Below are positions 36,428-38,896 of a stretch of DNA of 38,896 bases, piece after piece; the first letter of the stretch is position 1, and every line of letters starts with the position of its first letter. A program made the translations under genes and the position numbers. The notes under the pieces were generated by a model that ran no database searches, had not been told where the DNA came from, and saw nothing but the letters and a program-made list of their open reading frames with translations. Location: positions 1-38,896 of IMG/VR virus record IMGVR_UViG_3300020045_014315; one strand, written 5' to 3'. This stretch comes from a virus (lineage: Duplodnaviria; Caudoviricetes).

Positions 36428-36655
36428 ATGAGCGACAAAGACACAGTAATTAGCATAATTTCGATGGTAGTTGGTTGCTTAATAGATAAGGTAGAATCAG
36501 CAAAAAACTTAAAGGAAGACATTGGGATGGATTCTTTGGATGAAATCGAGATAGTAATGGAAATGGAGAAGGAATTTGACGTTTCCATACCAGATGAGTC
36601 TTATGGAGGATTTACAACTGTAAATCAATTTGTAAACCTATTAGATTCTAATTGA
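36428..36655 (+). CDS. acpP: Acyl carrier protein (phage-encoded)
   Basis: 75 aa, acidic; DIGMDS36LDEIEIVMEMEKEFDVSIPDE...TTV matches the ACP phosphopantetheine attachment motif. Confidence 0.9.
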   Translation: MSDKDTVISIISMVVGCLIDKVESAKNLKEDIGMDSLDEIEIVMEMEKEFDVSIPDESYGGFTTVNQFVNLLDSN

Positions 36656-36656
36656 T

Positions 36657-36872
36657 ATGGAGATATTCACAAAACAGGATTTAGAAAACGCATTTGCTGC
36701 AGGGTTCAATTCAGGATCAGTATTCAACGGAGTTGGAATCAATAAAATAGATTCAGAATTTTTCTTTGATTTTAACGATTATTATACGTTCAAACACGGA
36801 AATAAATTGGACAAAATAATTCCAGAACGAGATACATTTGACCCCAAGCAAGTTCCTCCAGAATACTATTAA
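36657..36872 (+). CDS. Hypothetical phage protein
   Basis: 71 aa; FTKQDLENAFAAGF...FNDYY. Confidence 0.65.
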   Translation: MEIFTKQDLENAFAAGFNSGSVFNGVGINKIDSEFFFDFNDYYTFKHGNKLDKIIPERDTFDPKQVPPEYY

Positions 36873-36876
36873 AAAT

Positions 36877-36906
36877 AAAACCCTCTTAAATTAATAAGAG
36901 GGTTTT
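36877..36906. terminator. Bidirectional intrinsic terminator between convergent genes
   Basis: AAAACCCTCTTA-AATTAA-TAAGAGGGTTTT with A/T tracts on both sides. Confidence 0.85.
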
Positions 36907-36929
36907 TTATTGCTACATGATTTTTTTTA

Positions 36930-37880
36930 TTAAAAGTCATCGTCTTCTATTTTTTCTTCTAATGCAGCAATATTATATTGCTGCATTCCATCAACTTCTC
37001 TAGTCTGACCATTGATATCTAGATTCGGATTATTAGCTAAAAATTCTGCTGCCTCTGCTTCATAATCGCGTTCTACTGGTTCGTCTTCGTAGTCGTCTTC
37101 ATAATCCAAGTCTTCCACGTCTTCTAAGTTTTCTTTATCCAATAACGGTATAAATTTATGTCCGCTTAATTTATATATCTGAGAGGCTAAAACGTCATGT
37201 ATTTGATCTTTTGTTAATTTATCAGTGAACCGTTCTATTACTGTTTTTATCTCTTCCTCAAAAGCATCTTTAGGATTAGGCTCTTTGAACCAAATTGTCA
37301 TAACTCCATTGCCCACTGAACATCTAAATTTTTTGCCGTGAATACTTCCTATATTACTTGCATAGCATCTGAGAGTCGTGGCTACGTGTTTGTTTAACTC
37401 AAAGCGTATATTAGTATCTCCACGAAAATAAGCATCTGTTATTTGAGTTGAAACAGGCTTTTCTTTTGATAATCCAGAAAACATATATTCGTCTCCATTC
37501 TGAATAAATTTAACACCGTTTCGTTTACCTATTTTGAAGGCGTGTTTTATCATTACTGGATTTATAGATAAGTTGTAGATATTTTTTCCTCTAAAAGCAA
37601 ATTTAGCCAACGAATCTAGTAAAAAATCATGCTCATTCAAGACTGGAAAAACATAATCCCTTTCTGTTACTATGATTTCAAAAATATCGTTTTCAAACTC
37701 GTTTCCGAGTTGTCTAAATCGCATTATTTCGGCGGAGCAGGCCAAATTATATGTCTCCAGAATATTAAAAAATTCGTCTCTTTTGATAGCTTTATCTATG
37801 GATAAAGAATTAATACCGTACTTCAAACTATTTACAAATGAGTAAATATTTCGTTTTGTTAAATTGATCGTGTTTTCCAT
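36930..37880 (-). CDS. Hypothetical protein with long acidic C-terminus ending IEDDDF
   Basis: 316-aa ORF; minus-strand TATATTTG at 37912-37905 upstream. Confidence 0.75.
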   Translation of the reverse strand: MENTINLTKRNIYSFVNSLKYGINSLSIDKAIKRDEFFNILETYNLACSAEIMRFRQLGNEFENDIFEIIVTERDYVFPVLNEHDFLLDSLAKFAFRGKNIYNLSINPVMIKHAFKIGKRNGVKFIQNGDEYMFSGLSKEKPVSTQITDAYFRGDTNIRFELNKHVATTLRCYASNIGSIHGKKFRCSVGNGVMTIWFKEPNPKDAFEEEIKTVIERFTDKLTKDQIHDVLASQIYKLSGHKFIPLLDKENLEDVEDLDYEDDYEDEPVERDYEAEAAEFLANNPNLDINGQTREVDGMQQYNIAALEEKIEDDDF

Positions 37881-37897
37881 ATTGTTTTATTTTAAAT

Positions 37898-38320
37898 TTA
37901 TTTACAAATATATAAATTTTTTAGTTTAAATATATAAAGAATAAATAATGATTTTTCTGTATCAATGAATGTATTTATCATATAATCATCAACTCCATAC
38001 ATTCCTTTTTTTTTATTTTCCATATCAATTGCTGGAAGTAGTAATATTGATGAATAATTCAATTTATCTTCATATATCTCAAAAACATTGTCTTTAACCA
38101 TTTCAATATAATTGCATTTAAATACGGTATGACCTACTTTAATTTTATCTTGTAACTTAATTGTATTTTGATTTATTAATAATTCAGTTATGTATTTTTG
38201 TTTGTTTTCATTAGTTTTCTGTGTATATTGGGCATTTGTATTGCTAATTAACCTAATCTTTCTAGCATTTTCTATGTTAATTAGAATATTTGAATTTTCT
38301 TCAAAATTAATAATACACAT
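37898..38320 (-). CDS. Hypothetical protein, very AT-rich, possibly 3' truncated
   Basis: 140-aa ORF whose C-terminus runs into the promoter region of the next gene. Confidence 0.5.
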   Translation of the reverse strand: MCIINFEENSNILINIENARKIRLISNTNAQYTQKTNENKQKYITELLINQNTIKLQDKIKVGHTVFKCNYIEMVKDNVFEIYEDKLNYSSILLLPAIDMENKKKGMYGVDDYMINTFIDTEKSLFILYIFKLKNLYICK

Positions 38321-38384
38321 ATTGTTATTAATAAATTATTAATGGAAATATTCCATTATATTCTTTGGAGATGAGTTTTACTTA

Positions 38385-38846
38385 TTATGCACTAGTATCA
38401 GGAGTATTTGCTAATCTAACAGTATAATGTTCTTGTCTTTCTAATTCTACATTTATAGCTTCATTTAATGTCATACCCATATCTAAATTATGATTTTGAG
38501 ATAAGGCTGCAACAACTTCTTCAAAATCCACATCTTCCTCTTCGTTAAATAAAGATTCTAATTCTACTTCAGTGTTAGATTCAGGTTCAGGCATAGTTTC
38601 AGTTATTGCTGGACTAGCAGCCTCTTGAAAAGACTTTATAATAGAATTAGATATTTCTTTTTTCCATTTAGTTAATTCTTCAATAGAATTAAAACTAGGA
38701 ACACAAGCCTTAGTATATAATAAATCATCAATAGAATCAACATACTTAATCTCTATACCTTCAATTTCACGATCTAATAGATATTCTTTAATACCCTTAA
38801 CAATACGACCACTTTGTAATATTTCATAAATATTCTTATGAACCAA
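38385..38846 (-). CDS. Hypothetical acidic protein
   Basis: 153-aa ORF in the AT-rich terminal segment; start codon uncertain. Confidence 0.55.
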   Translation of the reverse strand: MVHKNIYEILQSGRIVKGIKEYLLDREIEGIEIKYVDSIDDLLYTKACVPSFNSIEELTKWKKEISNSIIKSFQEAASPAITETMPEPESNTEVELESLFNEEEDVDFEEVVAALSQNHNLDMGMTLNEAINVELERQEHYTVRLANTPDTSA

Positions 38847-38896
38847 AATAGTTAAACATTTATTAAGGAAAACTACTACTAACTAAAACCAAGCTG

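Larger units (their letters stand above)
1..37900. mobile_element. Tailed phage/prophage region (lambda-like head, P2-like contractile tail), probable Bacteroidota host; left end lies outside the window
   Basis: Contiguous head-tail-lysis-recombination-replication gene order. No integrase or att site seen, so free phage and prophage cannot be distinguished. Right boundary is approximate, based on a composition shift. Confidence 0.9.

Overview
AT-rich bacteriophage or prophage segment, probably of a Bacteroidota (Flavobacteriaceae-like) host, judged from TAnnTTTG -7 promoters, A-rich SD-less start regions and a DUF3127-type SSB. Bases 1-22.8 kb hold the late operon. It has a lambda-type head (GpA terminase, gpW, portal, protease-capsid fusion) joined to a P2-like contractile tail (sheath, tube, frameshifted chaperone, tape measure, U, X, D, V, W, J, I, fibres) and a GH108 endolysin. 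A ~5 kb block separates baseplate W from J. It carries a repeat-rich fibre/adhesin, a thymidylate-synthase-fold gene with a cytosine-type specificity residue behind a strongly structured two-state RNA leader, an XRE gene broken at an A9 tract, and small membrane genes. Bases 22.9-27.2 kb (minus strand) are a recombination cluster: RecT-like protein, SSB, Pif1 helicase and an apparently catalytically dead RecE-like nuclease. Bases 27.4-36.9 kb hold replication genes (SF2 helicase, VRR-NUC, primase-helicase) and accessory genes, including an acyl carrier protein. The last ~1 kb is much more AT-rich and may belong to another element. No integrase, tRNA, CRISPR array or reverse transcriptase was seen. 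All family calls come from motif recognition by eye, not from database searches.
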